Both the position numbers and the translations under genes were made by a program. Shown piece by piece: positions 1 through 10,300 of a stretch of 63,454 nt of DNA. The notes below the pieces were generated by a model. That model saw only the letters and a program-made list of their open reading frames with translations. It ran no database searches and was not told the DNA's origin. Origin of the DNA: Chloroflexota bacterium (GTDB lineage: Bacteria > Chloroflexota > Limnocylindria > Limnocylindrales > CSP1-4). The stretch is taken from the NCBI GenBank assembly GCA_034434735.1, contig DAOTYQ010000180.1, forward strand, positions 1-63,454, in the 5' to 3' direction. Position 1 is the first letter of the stretch, and every line of letters starts with the position of its first letter.

Positions 1-401
1 CGCGAGCGCTGGAAGCGGAGGATGAGGGCGTCGACGCGGGCCTCGAGCTCGCGGGCGTCGAAGCCCCGGACCACGACGTCGTCGGCCCCGGCCTCGAGGA
101 AGCGGATCCGCTCCTCGACGTCGTCGGAATGGGCGATGCACATGACGGCGACGGCGGCGAGGGCCGGCGTCCGACGGATCTCACGGCAGAGCTCGACCGC
201 CGCGTCGCCGTCGGGGAGGACGTCGATGACGACGAGACCGACGCCGGCGGCCGCCCGGAGGGCGTCCTCGGCCGTGGCGACCTGGGTGACCGGATGGCCG
301 GCCCCGGCGAGGATGGCCTCGATGGCGGCTCCGCGCTCGGGATCCGCCTCGACGAGGAGGGTGGGGGTTGGTGGCACTGGGACTCCGATCAGGCTGGGCA
401 T
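1..401 (-). CDS. response regulator receiver-domain protein (3' end cut by window edge)
   Basis: Own minus-strand translation from ATG at 401: MPSLIGVPVPPTPTLLVEADPERGAAIEAILAGAGHPV...GLVVIDVLPDGDA...FLEAGADDVVVRGFDARELEARVDALILRFQRS. CheY-like receiver layout. Absent from the ORF track because it runs off the edge. The usual K-P-F is R-G-F here. Confidence 0.75.
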   Translation of the reverse strand, partial: MPSLIGVPVPPTPTLLVEADPERGAAIEAILAGAGHPVTQVATAEDALRAAAGVGLVVIDVLPDGDAAVELCREIRRTPALAAVAVMCIAHSDDVEERIRFLEAGADDVVVRGFDARELEARVDALILRFQRS

Positions 402-506
402 GGCCGCGGGCGCGAACTCGGGGAGAGGATAGCGCGGCGGCCGGCGACCGGGGACGCGGTCCGTCGACCCCGGGGCTGGGGGGCGCCCGGTGACGGCGGA
501 TCGCGC

Positions 507-540
507 GCGGCTCGGCGTCGACAGCGGCGGCTCGGCGTCG
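507..540. repeat. 2 x 14-nt direct repeat GCGGCTCGGCGTCG, 20-nt phase
   Basis: Copies at 507-520 and 527-540, ending 12 nt before the TGGTACACT box of rpsF. Confidence 0.6.
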
Positions 541-551
541 TGAGGCCGCCG

Positions 552-560
552 TGGTACACT
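552..560 (+). promoter_or_regulatory. extended -10 promoter candidate TGGTACACT upstream of rpsF
   Basis: TGnTAYACT-type box 77 nt upstream of the rpsF ATG in otherwise GC-rich intergenic DNA. Same motif class recurs at 8 or more operon heads in the window. Confidence 0.45.
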
Positions 561-636
561 CGCCGCCGTCCCTTTCGGCTCTGCGGCGATCTTCCGACCA
601 GCAGGGCAGACCCACAGGAAGGAGCAACGCCGGCCG

Positions 637-1071
637 ATGCGCCGTTATGAATGCATGCTCGTCTTCCGGCCCGACGTGCCGGACGACCGCCTGAACGCGG
701 TCATGGAGCGGCTGACCCGCCAGATCAACGAGGCCGGGGGCCAGATCGTCAAGGTCGCCCCGTGGGGTCGCCGCCGGCTCGCCTACCCGATCCAGCACTT
801 CCGGGAAGGCTCGTACCACATCGTCCTCTTCGACGCCCCGCCGAGCTCGATCGTCGAGCTCGAGCGGAGCCTCCTCATCACCGAGGAGCTCCTGCGCCAC
901 CTCGTCACCCGCGTCGAGCGGCCCGTCCGGCCGGCCCGCAAGGCGGCCGCGGCGAGCCCGGCCGAGGAAGAGGAGGAGGCGGTCGTCCCGGCGCCGCCGC
1001 CCGAGGAGGAAGAGGAGATCGAGCTCATCGACGAGTCCGAGAGCGAAGCCGCTCCGGCCGCCATCGACTAG
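637..1071 (+). CDS. rpsF: 30S ribosomal protein S6
   Basis: MRRYECMLVFRPDV...RRRLAYPIQHFREGSYHIVLF is typical S6. SD AGGAAGGAG upstream. Ala/Glu-rich C-tail. First gene of an rpsF-ssb-rpsR cluster. Confidence 0.95.
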   Translation: MRRYECMLVFRPDVPDDRLNAVMERLTRQINEAGGQIVKVAPWGRRRLAYPIQHFREGSYHIVLFDAPPSSIVELERSLLITEELLRHLVTRVERPVRPARKAAAASPAEEEEEAVVPAPPPEEEEEIELIDESESEAAPAAID

Positions 1072-1083
1072 GGAGGCAGGGCT

Positions 1084-1518
1084 GTGTCGCTCAACAAGGC
1101 GATGATCATCGGCAACCTCGGGCGCGATCCTGAGATGCGCTACACGCCGAGCGGCCAGCCGGTCACCCAGTTCACCGTCGCCGTGAACCGGAACTACCGG
1201 GATCAGAACGGCGAGTGGCAGGAAGAGACCGAGTGGTTCCGGGTCGTCTGCTGGGGGCCGCTCGCCGAGCGGACGGCCGAGTACCTCCGCAAGGGGCGCA
1301 AGGTCTACGTCGAGGGGCGGCTCCAGACGCGCCAGTGGGAGGCCCAGGACGGCACGAAGCGAACGACGACCGAGCTCGTCGCCAGCACGGTGACGCCGCT
1401 CGACCCGCGGCCTCGGGACGACCTCGAGGGCCCGCCGCCGGTCCGCCCGGCCGAGCGTCCTGCTCCGCCCGCCGAGGCGATGGACGAGGCGTCGGATCTC
1501 GACGACCTGCCCTTCTAG
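1084..1518 (+). CDS. ssb: single-stranded DNA-binding protein
   Basis: GTG start. MIIGNLGRDPEMRYTPSGQPV...WFRVVCWG...GRLQTRQWE OB fold. C-terminal acidic tip DLDDLPF. Confidence 0.95.
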   Translation: MSLNKAMIIGNLGRDPEMRYTPSGQPVTQFTVAVNRNYRDQNGEWQEETEWFRVVCWGPLAERTAEYLRKGRKVYVEGRLQTRQWEAQDGTKRTTTELVASTVTPLDPRPRDDLEGPPPVRPAERPAPPAEAMDEASDLDDLPF

Positions 1519-1575
1519 ACCAGCACCAACGACGCCCCCAAGGGGCGTCAGTGACCGAGGGAGACCCGACCAAGG

Positions 1576-1839
1576 ATGGCTTCGAAGACGAAGAAGCGCG
1601 ACGACTACTACCGCGATCGACGGCGTCGGAAGGTCTGTGCCTTCTGCGCCGACCGCTCGCCGCACATCGACTACAAGGAGGTCAACCGCCTCCGCCGCTA
1701 CCTCTCCGAGCGAGCGAAGATCGAGCCGCGACGGAAGACGGGGACCTGCGCCAAGCATCAGCGGGAGCTCGCCGTCGCCCTGAAGCGGGCCCGCCACGTC
1801 GCTCTCCTCCCCTTCGCCCCCCAGCACCTCCGCGGCTGA
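1576..1839 (+). CDS. rpsR: 30S ribosomal protein S18
   Basis: [55 protein letters not shown] is the S18 signature. Confidence 0.95.
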   Translation: MASKTKKRDDYYRDRRRRKVCAFCADRSPHIDYKEVNRLRRYLSERAKIEPRRKTGTCAKHQRELAVALKRARHVALLPFAPQHLRG

Positions 1840-1916
1840 GTGGCCGGGGCGGCGGACCTCGACGGCGGTCCTGAGGGGAGGCTCGGTCGTCGCAGCGCCG
1901 GTTCGGGGCGCGGCCG

Positions 1917-2729
1917 GTGATCGTCGGGTTGGCGATGGTCGCCGGCGGCGCGGCGGCCGGTCTGTTCGGGGCGCTGCTCGGTCTCGGGGGCGGCATCCTC
2001 ATCGTCCCCCTCCTCACCCTCGGCTTCGGGCTGTCGGTTCGCGAGGCGGTCGGGGTTAGCCTCGTCTGCGTCATCGTCACGAGCAGCGCCGCGGCCTCGG
2101 TCTACCTCGAGCGGCACGTGGCGAACCTGCGGCTCGGGATGACCCTCGAGCTCTTCACCGCCATCGGTGCCTTCGCCGGCGGCCTCATCGCCTTCCTGGT
2201 CGAGGAGCGGGTCGTCGCCGGGCTCTTCACGGCCCTCCTCGTCTACACGGCCTGGTCGATGGCCCGGCCCCGCTCGGTCCCCGCCGACGACCCGGTCGTC
2301 GCCGGGGACGCGCTCGAGCACGGCTCGTTCCGGGCGAGCCTGAACGGCGCGGACTACGTCGTCCGACGCCTCCCGGCCGGCATCGTCGGGAGTCTCGGTG
2401 CCGGTGTCGTGGCCGCCCTCCTCGGGGTCGGCGGCGGGCTCGTCAAGGTCCCGGTCATGCACCTCTTCATGGGGGTGCCGCTCCGGGTCGCCACGGCGAC
2501 GAGCAACCTCATGATCGGAATCACCGCGACGGCTGGGGCGGTCGTCTACCTCGCCCGGGGCGGGATCGATCCCTACGTCGCCGGGCCGACGGCCATCGGT
2601 GTCTGCTTGGGTGCCGCCCTCGGCTCCCGGGCCGCCCACCGGATCGACGTCCGGACCCTCCGCCTCCTCTTCGTGCTCGTCCTCGGCTACACGGCGATCC
2701 AGATGGGCCGCCGCGTCATCGGGGTCTAG
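1917..2729 (+). CDS. TauE/SafE (DUF81) family anion exporter membrane protein
   Basis: Polytopic membrane protein. Has the repeated G(A/V)LLG(L/V)GGG(I/L) motif typical of TauE/SafE, near both the N-terminus and the second half. Start (GTG 1917 or ATG 1935) uncertain. Confidence 0.8.
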   Translation: MIVGLAMVAGGAAAGLFGALLGLGGGILIVPLLTLGFGLSVREAVGVSLVCVIVTSSAAASVYLERHVANLRLGMTLELFTAIGAFAGGLIAFLVEERVVAGLFTALLVYTAWSMARPRSVPADDPVVAGDALEHGSFRASLNGADYVVRRLPAGIVGSLGAGVVAALLGVGGGLVKVPVMHLFMGVPLRVATATSNLMIGITATAGAVVYLARGGIDPYVAGPTAIGVCLGAALGSRAAHRIDVRTLRLLFVLVLGYTAIQMGRRVIGV

Positions 2730-2746
2730 GGTGGCGGGAGCTGTCG

Positions 2747-3097
2747 ATGGGTGATCTCGAGCGCTCGGTCGGGCGGCTCCTCAGCCTCGGCACCGCCGTG
2801 AGCGTCGGGCTCCTCGCCGTCGGGGTCGGGCTCATGCTCCTCGCCGGCCAGTCGCCCCTCGATCCGAGCTACCCGCCCCTCGATCTGGCCCGTCTCCCGG
2901 CCGATCTCGTCGGCGGCCGCCCGGGCGGCTTCCTCTGGCTCGGTCTCGTGGCGGCGATGGCGACGCCGGCGGCACGGGTCGTCGCCTCCCTGATCGGGTA
3001 CCTCCAGGCCCGGGAGTGGGGGATGGTGGCCATCGCCCTCGCCGTTCTCGGCGTCATCGGGGCGAGCATCGTCGTCGGGGGCGCCCTCGAGGGATGA
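2747..3097 (+). CDS. DUF1634-like small membrane protein (usual partner of DUF81/TauE genes)
   Basis: 116 aa, hydrophobic segments at both ends, directly downstream of the TauE gene. Family assignment is from memory of the DUF81-DUF1634 gene pair. Confidence 0.6.
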   Translation: MGDLERSVGRLLSLGTAVSVGLLAVGVGLMLLAGQSPLDPSYPPLDLARLPADLVGGRPGGFLWLGLVAAMATPAARVVASLIGYLQAREWGMVAIALAVLGVIGASIVVGGALEG

Positions 3098-4152
3098 CGG
3101 ACGGGCTCCTCGACCTCGTCGCCCTCGGCGTCGCCCTCGTCGTCATCCTCGTCGGCGCCGAGCTCTTCACGAACGGGATCGAGTGGTTCGGCCACAAGCT
3201 CGACCTGGCCGAAGGTGCCGTGGGCTCGGTCCTGGCGGCCGTCGGGACGGCCCTCCCGGAGACGATGATCCCGACGGTGGCGATCCTCTTCGGTGGCGGG
3301 GCCGCGGCCGAGGCCATCGGGGTCGGCGCGGTCCTGGGGGCACCGTTCATGCTCGCCACGCTGGCCATGTTCGTGACCGGGGTCGCCGTCATCGTCGCCG
3401 GCCGCAGCCGTCCGACCGGCGACCGGATGATCGTCGCCCGCGACGTCCTCGGTCACGACCTCCGGGTCTTCGCCGTCGCCTACGCCATCGCCATCGCCTC
3501 GGCCCTCCTCCCGAGCGAGCTCCTCGCCGTCCGGCTCGGGGTCGCCGCCGTCCTCCTCGCCATCTACGTCTGGTACGTGAAGGAGCACCTCGAGGCCGAG
3601 GAGCGGATCGAGGGGGCAACCCTCGCTCCGCTCCGGTTCCGGCACCTCGACCGGCGCGGTCACCGGCGGAACCCGGCGGTGCCGCGGCTCCGGGTCGTCG
3701 GCGTCCAGGTCGGCGTGGCCCTCGCCTGCATCGTCGGCGGGGCGGTCCTCTTCGTCGAGGCGGTCGAGGCGATCGCCCGCGCCGTCGCCGTCCCGGAAGC
3801 GCTCCTCGCCCTCGTCATCGCCCCCATCGCCACCGAGCTGCCCGAGTAGTTCAACAGCGTCCTCTGGATCCGGGCCGGCAAGGACACCCTCGCCCTCGGC
3901 AACATCACCGGAGCCATGGTCTTCCAGGCGACGATCCCGACGGTCATCGCCATCGTCTTCGCCTCGTCGACCTGGGTCCTGGGCGCGGGCTCGGCCCTCG
4001 CCTTCGCCTCGGCGGCGATGGCCTTCCTGTCGGCCGGGCTCATCTTCGGGCCCTTCGGCGGATCGCAGCTCCACGGCCAGCGGCTGCTCCTCGGCGGCCT
4101 CGTCTACGTCGGCTATCTCGTCCTCGTCGGGCTCGGCCTGGTCGGCGGCTGA
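3094..4152 (+). CDS. Ca2+/cation antiporter (CaCA, YrbG-like) family protein, interrupted by an in-frame TAG at 3847-3849
   Basis: ATG 3094 overlaps the upstream stop (ATGA). Alpha-repeat motifs GTALPETMIP and, second half, IATELPE-TAG-FNSVLWIRAGKDTLALGNITGAMVFQATIP. ORFs 3016..3849 and 3916..4152 are in the same frame. Joined length 352 codons. May be a pseudogene, an error or readthrough. Confidence 0.75.
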
Positions 4153-4189
4153 GTGGCCCGGGCGGCCCGGCCCCAGAGCGGCTCCGCTC

Positions 4190-4291
4190 CAGGGTGGCCG
4201 AGCCCGGGGTGGCCGAGTAGGGGGCGCCAGGGACGAGGAAGCCGGGCCCGGGGTGCAGGCCCAGCGGTGCCGAGCCCAGGGTGCCGGGGCC
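4190..4291. repeat. degenerate direct repeats (GGTGSCGAGCCCRGGGTG...) in the 284-nt non-coding spacer before ilvE
   Basis: ggtggccgagcccggggtggccgag (about 4194-4218) and ggtgccgagcccagggtgccgggg (about 4266-4289). Confidence 0.35.
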
Positions 4292-4382
4292 GGATGAGGG
4301 CGGCCGGCGTGCCCTGCCGCGACGCCGGGCTCGGATCCAGGGTCGCCGCGCGAGCCGTTGGGGTCGGCGGGGGCGCCACGGC

Positions 4383-4391
4383 TGGTATCCT
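4383..4391 (+). promoter_or_regulatory. extended -10 candidate TGGTATCCT upstream of ilvE
   Basis: 46 nt upstream of ATG 4437. Confidence 0.35.
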
Positions 4392-4436
4392 TGGCCCCAG
4401 CGTTCCACCCGTCTGCTAGCGCAGGAGTCGCCGAGC

Positions 4437-5423
4437 ATGCTCACCGAGAAGCCGTCCGCGACCTCCGCCCCGGCGACCCGCCCCGCCGGCGCCCCGGCCG
4501 ATCTGGACAACCTCATCTGCTACTTCGAGGGCGATTTCGTCCCCCTCCGCGATGCCCGGGTCAGCATCATGACCCACGCCTTCATGTACGGGACCGCCGT
4601 CTTCGAGGGGATCCGCGCCTACTGGAACCCGGAGCAGGAGCAGCTCTACGGGCTCTTCGTCCGGGAGCATGTCGAGCGGATCCGGCGCTCGTGCCGGATC
4701 ATGCTCATGGAGCCGGTCCCCTCGGTCGACGAGCTCGTCGGCCTCGTCGTCGAGACCGTTCGCCGGAACGGCTTTCGCGAGGACGTCTACATACGGCCGT
4801 CCTTCTACAAGTCGACCCGGGCCATCGGCGTCCGCCTCCATCACCTCGAGCACGAGCTGTCCATCATTACCCTCCCCTTCGGGAACTACATCGACACCGA
4901 GCACGGCGTCCGGCTCATGACCTCGTCCTGGCGGCGGAACGCCGACGAGGCGTTGCCGGCCCGGGGCAAGATCGTCGGCGGCTACGTGAACATGGCCTTC
5001 CAGAAGTCGGAGGCGGAGCTGAACGGCTTCGACGAGGCCCTCGTCTTGACCCCCGACGGCCACGTCTCGGAGGGCTCGGCGGCGAACATCTTCGTCGTCC
5101 GTGACGGGGTCCTCCTGACCCCGCCGGTCTCGGACGACATCCTCGAGGGGATCACCCGACGGGCGATCATCGAGCTCGCCCGGGACGAGAAGATCCCGGT
5201 CGAGATCCGCTCCATCGACCGCTCCGAGCTCTACGTCGCCGACGAGGTCTTCCTCTGCGGGACCGGCGTCCAGGTCTCGCCGGTCGTCGAGATCGACCAC
5301 CGCAAGGTCGGCTCGGGCGAGGTCGGCCCGATCGCGGCGGCGATCCGGAGCCGCTACTTCGACGCGGTCCGGGGCCGGTTGCCCGAGTACCGCCACTGGC
5401 TGACGCCGATCCCCCAGGGCTGA
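4437..5423 (+). CDS. ilvE: branched-chain amino acid aminotransferase (fold type IV)
   Basis: FVPLRDARVSIMTHAFMYGTAVFEGIRAY...GKIVGGYVNMAFQKSEAELNGFDEALVL...EGSAANIFVV...ILEGITR. ATG 4437 has SD GCAGGAG upstream. The upstream ORF extension is Arg-rich junk. Confidence 0.9.
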   Translation: MLTEKPSATSAPATRPAGAPADLDNLICYFEGDFVPLRDARVSIMTHAFMYGTAVFEGIRAYWNPEQEQLYGLFVREHVERIRRSCRIMLMEPVPSVDELVGLVVETVRRNGFREDVYIRPSFYKSTRAIGVRLHHLEHELSIITLPFGNYIDTEHGVRLMTSSWRRNADEALPARGKIVGGYVNMAFQKSEAELNGFDEALVLTPDGHVSEGSAANIFVVRDGVLLTPPVSDDILEGITRRAIIELARDEKIPVEIRSIDRSELYVADEVFLCGTGVQVSPVVEIDHRKVGSGEVGPIAAAIRSRYFDAVRGRLPEYRHWLTPIPQG

Positions 5424-5460
5424 GGGCGGGCGCTGAGGGCAGGCGCCGGGATCGCCCCGG

Positions 5461-7251
5461 TCAGGGCGCCGGGGGTGGCGTCAGGGCGGGGGTCGTCCGG
5501 GCGGTGACGACGAGGAAGTCGACCCGGGCCGTCGGGTCCTCGGTCGGGCTGACCTCGACGCCGAGGGCCGCGGCCAGGAAAGCGGCCGTGGCCGGGAAGC
5601 GGGTCTCGGCGCCGTTGTAGGCGAGGAGGCGGGTCCGGCTCGGTCGACCCTCCGGCCGCTGGTTCGGTGCCGAGGCGGCCACGCCCCAGCTCTCGAGGTA
5701 CCGGGCGAGGTCGCTCGCCTGGCCGGCGACGCCCGACCCGTTCAGGACCCAGACCGTGGCACCCTCGCCGGCGAGGGCCTCTCGGCGGGCCTCCTCGGCC
5801 GGATCGGCGGTGAAGGCCTCCCGGACGGCGGCCCGGATCCGCTTCACGTTCGGGACGATGACGTACCCGCGCGGGTCGCCGGAGAGGATCTCGCGGGCGT
5901 AGAAGGGCGGCGCGAAGACGTAGGAGCGGACGGAGCGGGGGTCGATCTGCCCGGCGAGGGAGAGGAGCTTCGGGAGCTGGTCGACCGGGACGTCCGTCCG
6001 GACCGTCGACTTCAGGGCGTCGACGAGCTCGTCGAGGCGCGGCAGGACGGCGGCGATGTCCGTCTGCTGACGGAGCGAGAGGAGGACGCGCTGCTGGCGC
6101 TGGCCGCGGTCGAAGTCGGACGAGCCGTGGCGGGAGCGGGCGTAGACGAGGGCCTCGGCGCCGGTCATGTGCTGGACGCCGGCCGGGATGTAGACCCGCC
6201 GGAGCCGTCGGTCGGGGCCGGGGTAGCGGTCGTCGACGACGGGGAGCTGGACGTTGATCGTCACCCCGCCGAGGGCGTCGACGAGCCGGGTGAAGCCGTC
6301 GAAGTTGACCTCGACATACCAGCGGATGTCGAGGCCGTAGAGCTCGCCGAGGATCGCCTTCAGGGCGTTGTAGCCGCGGGTCCGGTCGGTGCCCGGCCAG
6401 AGGTCGGCCCTGTGGCGGTTGTTGACGAACCAGGAGTTGATTTTCGATCGGTAGACGGTCCCCCAGAGGGCACGGGCCGGGCCGGCCGGAACGGGGACGT
6501 CGACGGTGTCGCGGGGGAGGCTGAAGAGGGCGACCCGGCCGGTCGGCGGATCGATGGACGCGACGATGAGGGTGTCGGTGTTGTGGCCGCCGCCCTGCTC
6601 GTCCGACCCGATGAGGAGGACGTTCAAGCGCTCCTTCCCGTCCCAGGGCGGGAGAGGCGACGGCGTGAGGACGGGCGAGGCGGCGCTGGTCGGCGACGGG
6701 GTCGCTGGGCTGCCGCTCGCAGCCGAGCCGCCGGGCGTGGGCGACGGACCGGCCTCGTCGCAGGTCGCCGTCCCGGTCTCGTCGAAGATGCAGTTGACGA
6801 GGGCCATCGCCTGGAGGTCGTAGCGGGCGACGGCGACGTGGAAGCCGGTCATGACGACGAGGACGGCAAGGAGGCCGGCCGTCGAGGCTGGTCGAAGGCG
6901 GAGCGCCGGTGGCCCATAGCGGTCGCCCGCCACGGCCGCCTCGTTCAGGTAGACGGCGACCCGCCAGGCGTCGACGGCGGCGACGGCGCGGTAGACGAGG
7001 AGGATGACGTCGAGGACGAGGATCGCGGTGAGGACGGTGGGCTGGACGAGGATCCCGATCAGGGTCAGCCGATCGATGCGGAGGACGAGCCCTGCGACTA
7101 GGGCGAGGGCGAGCAGCGGTGGGGCTGCGAAGCCGAGGGCGCGGGCCGGGGCGCCGGCGTAGAGATGGCCGAGGCCGGGGAAGAGGAGCGACAGGACGGC
7201 GGCGGCGAAGGCCGACCGCGGTGCCCGCCGAGGCGACGCTGGGTCGTGCAT
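5461..7251 (-). CDS. LytR-CpsA-Psr (LCP) family cell-envelope phosphotransferase with N-terminal TM region and C-terminal LytR_C-like domain
   Basis: LNVLLIGSDEQGGGHNTDTLIVASIDPPTGRVALFSLPRDT...GYNALKAILGELYGLDIRWYVEVNFDGFTRLVDALGGVTINV...ALVYARSRHGSSDFDRGQRQQ. Confidence 0.88.
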   Translation of the reverse strand: MHDPASPRRAPRSAFAAAVLSLLFPGLGHLYAGAPARALGFAAPPLLALALVAGLVLRIDRLTLIGILVQPTVLTAILVLDVILLVYRAVAAVDAWRVAVYLNEAAVAGDRYGPPALRLRPASTAGLLAVLVVMTGFHVAVARYDLQAMALVNCIFDETGTATCDEAGPSPTPGGSAASGSPATPSPTSAASPVLTPSPLPPWDGKERLNVLLIGSDEQGGGHNTDTLIVASIDPPTGRVALFSLPRDTVDVPVPAGPARALWGTVYRSKINSWFVNNRHRADLWPGTDRTRGYNALKAILGELYGLDIRWYVEVNFDGFTRLVDALGGVTINVQLPVVDDRYPGPDRRLRRVYIPAGVQHMTGAEALVYARSRHGSSDFDRGQRQQRVLLSLRQQTDIAAVLPRLDELVDALKSTVRTDVPVDQLPKLLSLAGQIDPRSVRSYVFAPPFYAREILSGDPRGYVIVPNVKRIRAAVREAFTADPAEEARREALAGEGATVWVLNGSGVAGQASDLARYLESWGVAASAPNQRPEGRPSRTRLLAYNGAETRFPATAAFLAAALGVEVSPTEDPTARVDFLVVTARTTPALTPPPAP

Positions 7252-7376
7252 CGCGGGTAGGATACTGGCTGTCGGCGATCGAGCCCGGCTGCCGTCTCCG
7301 GCGACCGTTCCGGACGCAGCCGCCCGCGGGGAGCACCCGCCGACGGATCGCCTCGAGCCCGCAGCGAAAGGACGCC

Positions 7377-10300
7377 GTGTTTCGACCCGTACCCAGCAAA
7401 CCCGACCTCATCGCCCAGGAGCACGAGATGCTCGCCCTCTGGCGGGAGCGCAAGACCTTCGAGCGCCTCCGGGCCCAGAACGCCGACGGCCCGCGCTGGA
7501 GCTTCCTCGACGGGCCGATCACGGCCAACAACCCGATGGGCGTCCATCATGCCTGGGGGCGGACCTACAAGGACCTCTTCCAGCGCTTCCGGGCCATGCT
7601 CGGTCACGCCCAGCGCTGGCAGAACGGCTTCGACTGCCAGGGTCTGTGGGTCGAGGTGAACGTGGAGCGCGAGCTCGGCTTCACCTCGAAGCGTGACATC
7701 GAGGCCTTCGGGATCGCCGAGTTCGTCTCCCTCTGCAAGCAGCGGGTGCTCACCTACGCCGCCCGCCAGACCGGGCAGAGCATCCGGCTCGGCTACTGGA
7801 TGGACTGGAACGACCCCGACGAGCTCCGTCGCCTGCGCGACCTTTTGGCCGAGGATCCGGCCCGGGTGATCACCGTCGAGGGCCCCCACGGCCCGGTCAC
7901 CGACACCGTCGAGATGATCGTCGGTCGCCTCGGGATGCCGGAGCTCGGCGGGAGCTACTTCACCTTCAGCAACGAGAACAACGATCTCATCTGGTGGTTT
8001 CTCAAGAGCTGCCATCAGAAGGGCTGGCTCTACAAGGGCCACGACACGATGCCCTGGTGCCCGCGCTGCGGGACCGGGATCAGCCAGATGGAGATGAACG
8101 AGGGCTACCAGGATCGGGACGACCCCGGGCTCACGGTCCGCTTCCCGCTCCTCGACCGGCCGGGGGAGGCGCTCCTGGTCTGGACGACGACGCCCTGGAC
8201 GCTCACCGCCAACGTCGCCGCGGCCGTCCACCCAGACCTCCCGTACGTCCTCGTCCGCGAGGGCGAGCGGCGCCTCTGGCTCGCTCGGGGCACCCTCGAG
8301 CGGGCCCTCGTCGGCGACTACGAGATCCTCGAGGAGCGACGGGGGGCCGAGCTGGTGGGCTGGCGGTACGCCGGGCCCTTCGACGACCTACCGGCCGTGG
8401 AGGCCACCTTCGCGGCGGCACCCGGCGGCCGCTACGAGCACCGGGTCGTCGCCTGGGACGAGGTCGGCGAGGACGAAGGGACCGGGATCGTCCACGTCGC
8501 CCCGGGCTGCGGCACCGAGGACTACACCCTCGGCAAGGCGCTCGGGCTGCCGATGCTCGCTCCCCTCGACGAGTTCGGCGTCTTCGTCGACGGCTACGGG
8601 TCGTTGAGCGGCCGGGACGTCCGCGAGGTGACCGAGCCGATCATCGAGCGGCTCCGGGCAACCGGCCGCTTCTACCGCCTCGAGGTCTATCGGCATCGCT
8701 ACCCGCACTGCTGGCGCTGCGGGACGCCGCTCGTCTTCCGGCTCGTCGACGAGTGGTACATCAGCATGGGCCCCGTCTACGACCAGCCGCGGGAGACGCT
8801 GACCCGGGAGCAGGTCGAGGCGTCGCTCCGCTACCAGATCATGGAGGTCGTCGACCAGATCCGCTGGATCCCGGGCTTCGGCTACGAGCGCGAGCTCGAC
8901 TGGCTCCGGAACATGCAGGACTGGATGATCAGCAAGAAGCGCTACTGGGGCCTCGCCCTGCCGATCTACGACTGCGCCAACTGCGGGACCTTCGAGGTCA
9001 TCGGCGGCCGCGACGAGCTCCGGGCCCGGGCCGTCGAGGGCTGGGAGCGCTTCGAGGGCCACACGCCCCACCGGCCGTGGGTCGACGCCGTGAAGATCGC
9101 CTGTCGCGGCTGCGGCCAACCGGTGGGCCGCATCCCCGACGTCGGCAATCCGTGGCTCGACGCCGGGATCGTCCCCTTCTCGACCCTCCACTACCGGATC
9201 GACCCCGAGTATTGGCGCCGCTGGTACCCGGCCGATTTCATCACCGAGAGCTTCCCGGGCCAGTTCCGGAACTGGTTCTACGCCCTCTTGGCGATGGGGA
9301 CCGTCCTGCGCCGCGAGCCGCCCTTCAAGACCATCTTCGGCTACGCCACCCTCCTCGGCGAGGACGGCCGACCGATGCACAAGAGCTGGGGCAACGCCAT
9401 CGAGTTCGACGAGGCGGCCGAACGGATGGGCGTCGACGTCATGCGCTGGCTCTTCGTCAAGCAGCGGCCGGAGGAGAACATCCTCTTCGGCTGGCATGCC
9501 GCCGACGAGGCGCGGCGGGAGCTCCTCGTCCTCTGGAACACGTACGCCTTCTTCGTCACCTACGCCCGTCTCGCCGGCTGGACCCCGGCGAGCCCGGCGC
9601 CTTCGGTCGGCGAACGGTCGCTCCTCGACCGCTGGATCCTGTCGCGGGCGGGCTGGCTCGCGGCGACCGTCGAGGACCGCCTCCGCGACTACGACGCCAT
9701 GCGCGCGGCGGCGGCCGTCGCCGAGTACATCGACGACCTCTCCACCTGGTACCTCCGCCTGAGCCGCGACCGGATGCGCCGCCGCGCCGACCCGACGGCC
9801 CAGGCGAGCGCCTTCGCGACCCTCCACGACGCCCTCGTCGTCGGAGCCCGGGTCGTGGCGCCGATGCTGCCGTTTCTGGCCGAGGCGATGTACCAGAATC
9901 TCGTCGTCGCCGTCGATCCGGCGCGCCCCGACAGCGTCCACCTCACCCGCTGGCCGACGGCCGAGGTCGCCGGGTACCGGGACGAGGCGCTCGAGGCGGC
10001 GATGGGCGTCGCCCGGAGGATCGTCGAGCTGGCCCGAACCCTCCGCGGGACGGCCGGGATCCGCGTCCGCCAGCCGCTCGCCCGCCTCTGGGTCGCCCTG
10101 CCCGATCGCGAGGTCCCCCACCTCGACGAGCTCCTCGAGCTCGTCCGCGACGAGGTGAACGTCAAGGCCGTCGAGCGGATCGCCGACGAGCACGAGCTCG
10201 TCGAGCGACGGGTCCGGCCGATCCTGCCGAAGATCGGGCCGAGGCTCGGGCCTCGGGTGCCGGAGGTCGTGGCGGCGATCAAGGCCGGCCATTTCGAGAT

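Noticed and set aside
4194-4220. A tRNA-like start (GGTGGCCGAG, reminiscent of tRNA-Ser/Leu D-arm).
   Set aside because: No T-loop (GGTTCRANNC), no acceptor-stem complementarity and no anticodon arm could be drawn. I found no convincing tRNA anywhere in the window by eye.
7252-7376. A T-box riboswitch upstream of ileS, which is known for actinobacterial ileS.
   Set aside because: The 125-nt spacer lacks the T-box consensus (…GGGTGGTACCGCG…) and any obvious specifier loop with AUC. It is also shared with the divergent LCP gene promoter.
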